Shown: positions 9,100 through 10,252 of the stretch, in pieces | Numbering within the stretch: position 1 is the first letter of the stretch | Layout of the letters: the number at the start of each line of letters is the position of its first letter | Origin: Geosiphon pyriformis uo1 | Lineage: Eukaryota > Fungi > Glomeromycota | DNA: 10,252 nucleotides | NCBI GenBank assembly: GCA_016748015.1 | Contig: JAAOMT010000527.1 | Span: 1-10,252 of the forward strand | Direction: 5' to 3' | Made by a program: the position numbers and the translations under genes | Notes under the pieces: model-generated | What the model was told of the DNA's origin: nothing | What the model saw: only the letters and a program-made list of their open reading frames with translations | The model's database searches: none

Positions 9100-10252
9100 G
9101 AGTAACTAAAAATCTTGTGAAAAATATTTATATTTGATAAATTGACTTAAAAAAAGATATTTGATAATTAAAACATTTATATTTAAGTTAAAATTAAATG
9201 GTTTATCTTTGAGTCAAGTGATTAAATAAATTCATATTTCAAAAAATATGTTTGCAATTAACAATTTAGATATTTAAAAAAATTATTTTAAATTATTAAA
9301 TTAACAAAATATCGAAAAATTTGTTATATATTTAATATTTAATATTTATTAATTTTGATATTTGAAGAAAAAATTTTAATTAATAATATATATCTTTGTC
9401 TAACAAATTAAAAATATGGATAATTAACAGAAGTTTGAAAATTATGCAAAAAATATTTAAACTTTTCAATAATATTATAAGTTATAAATAATTACATATT
9501 ATTATAAATAAACAAATTTTATAATAAATAGATAGAAATAAGTATAATAATTAATAATATAACTAAATTTTCAAGTTTTTACCTAAAATATTATTAAAAA
9601 TATTTAAGTTTCTTGGAAATTTATTTTTTTATATAATTCATAGTTTGTAAAATTAATGAAATGTAAAAGAAATTGTATAATTGACAAGAATAATGTCGAT
9701 TTATTAAAAATATACTGAATTAATTTTTATTAACAAATAAACATTGAAAATTTTTAATAATTTGTGAAAACAATGATTGTTATTGTATATGTTTAATTAA
9801 TATTTTTAATATTTTTTCAATTTTTTAATTTTAAGGCTAATAAATTTTGAAATTTAAAAATTTCAAACTATATTAAAAATACAAATAATTTAAATAATAA
9901 TTCATTTTAAGTTTAAAATCGGCTAATTTTTGAAATTGTTTAATTGTTAAATTATATTGAAAGCCAATCTGCTTATTTAAAAATTATGTTTTATTTATTT
10001 TATTCAAATTAATTTTAATTTGAATTGATTAATATTGTTTTGTTATTAGTTAAAAGTCTTATTTTCTTTCAAAGTTAATATTTAAAATATGGTAAAAATA
10101 CATTAAATTTTTTGCTATATTTCAAATTTATTATATTTAAAGTTAAAAACTTGCAAATAATCATTCAGTATTTAAGTAATAACTTTAAAGTATTATTATT
10201 TTGTTAAAAAACCTTCCCTTTTCCAAAAAAATGTTTATTAAAAGTCTTTGTT
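9100..10252. other. Extremely AT-rich, low-complexity region, probably decayed repeat or gene relic
   Basis: G+C drops visibly relative to 7424..9060, CpGs are few, there are no ORFs in the track, and short TATTTAA tandem copies occur near 9328..9348. The boundary is approximate and the family was not identified. Confidence 0.35.

Noticed and set aside
9100-10252. CRISPR-like or regular repeat array
   Set aside because: I found only short AT microrepeats and no constant repeat-spacer periodicity.

Overview
Eukaryotic, very AT-rich fungal DNA. The kinase family and retroelement proteins point to Glomeromycotina; from memory the retroelement proteins resemble the abundant repeat-derived proteins of Geosiphon pyriformis, which I have not verified. 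The window has three zones. (1) 1..5371 is a dead retroelement block with only 3 CpGs by my hand count. It holds a minus-strand LINE (ORF1 with an RRM-like segment and a relic CCHC knuckle, 3342..~4985; ORF2 with APE endonuclease and RT, 3342..<1). The LINE is riddled with G:C->A:T transitions but has few indels, and its ORF1 stop and ORF2 start overlap as a relic TAATG. Its 5' end abuts a 299-bp TGTAA...TTACA LTR-like segment (5073..5371), where CpG depletion ends abruptly. (2) 5922..7423 is an intact two-exon minus-strand gene (472 aa, 83-bp GT-AG intron) for a Glomeromycotina-type tyrosine-kinase-like protein that has lost the Gly loop, beta3 Lys and DFG Asp (probable pseudokinase), with upstream TATA/CCAAT boxes. 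(3) ~9100..10252 is extremely AT-rich, probably decayed sequence. The top leads are a possible LINE/LTR composite element and RIP-like, non-CpG-restricted hypermutation in a lineage where RIP is not established.
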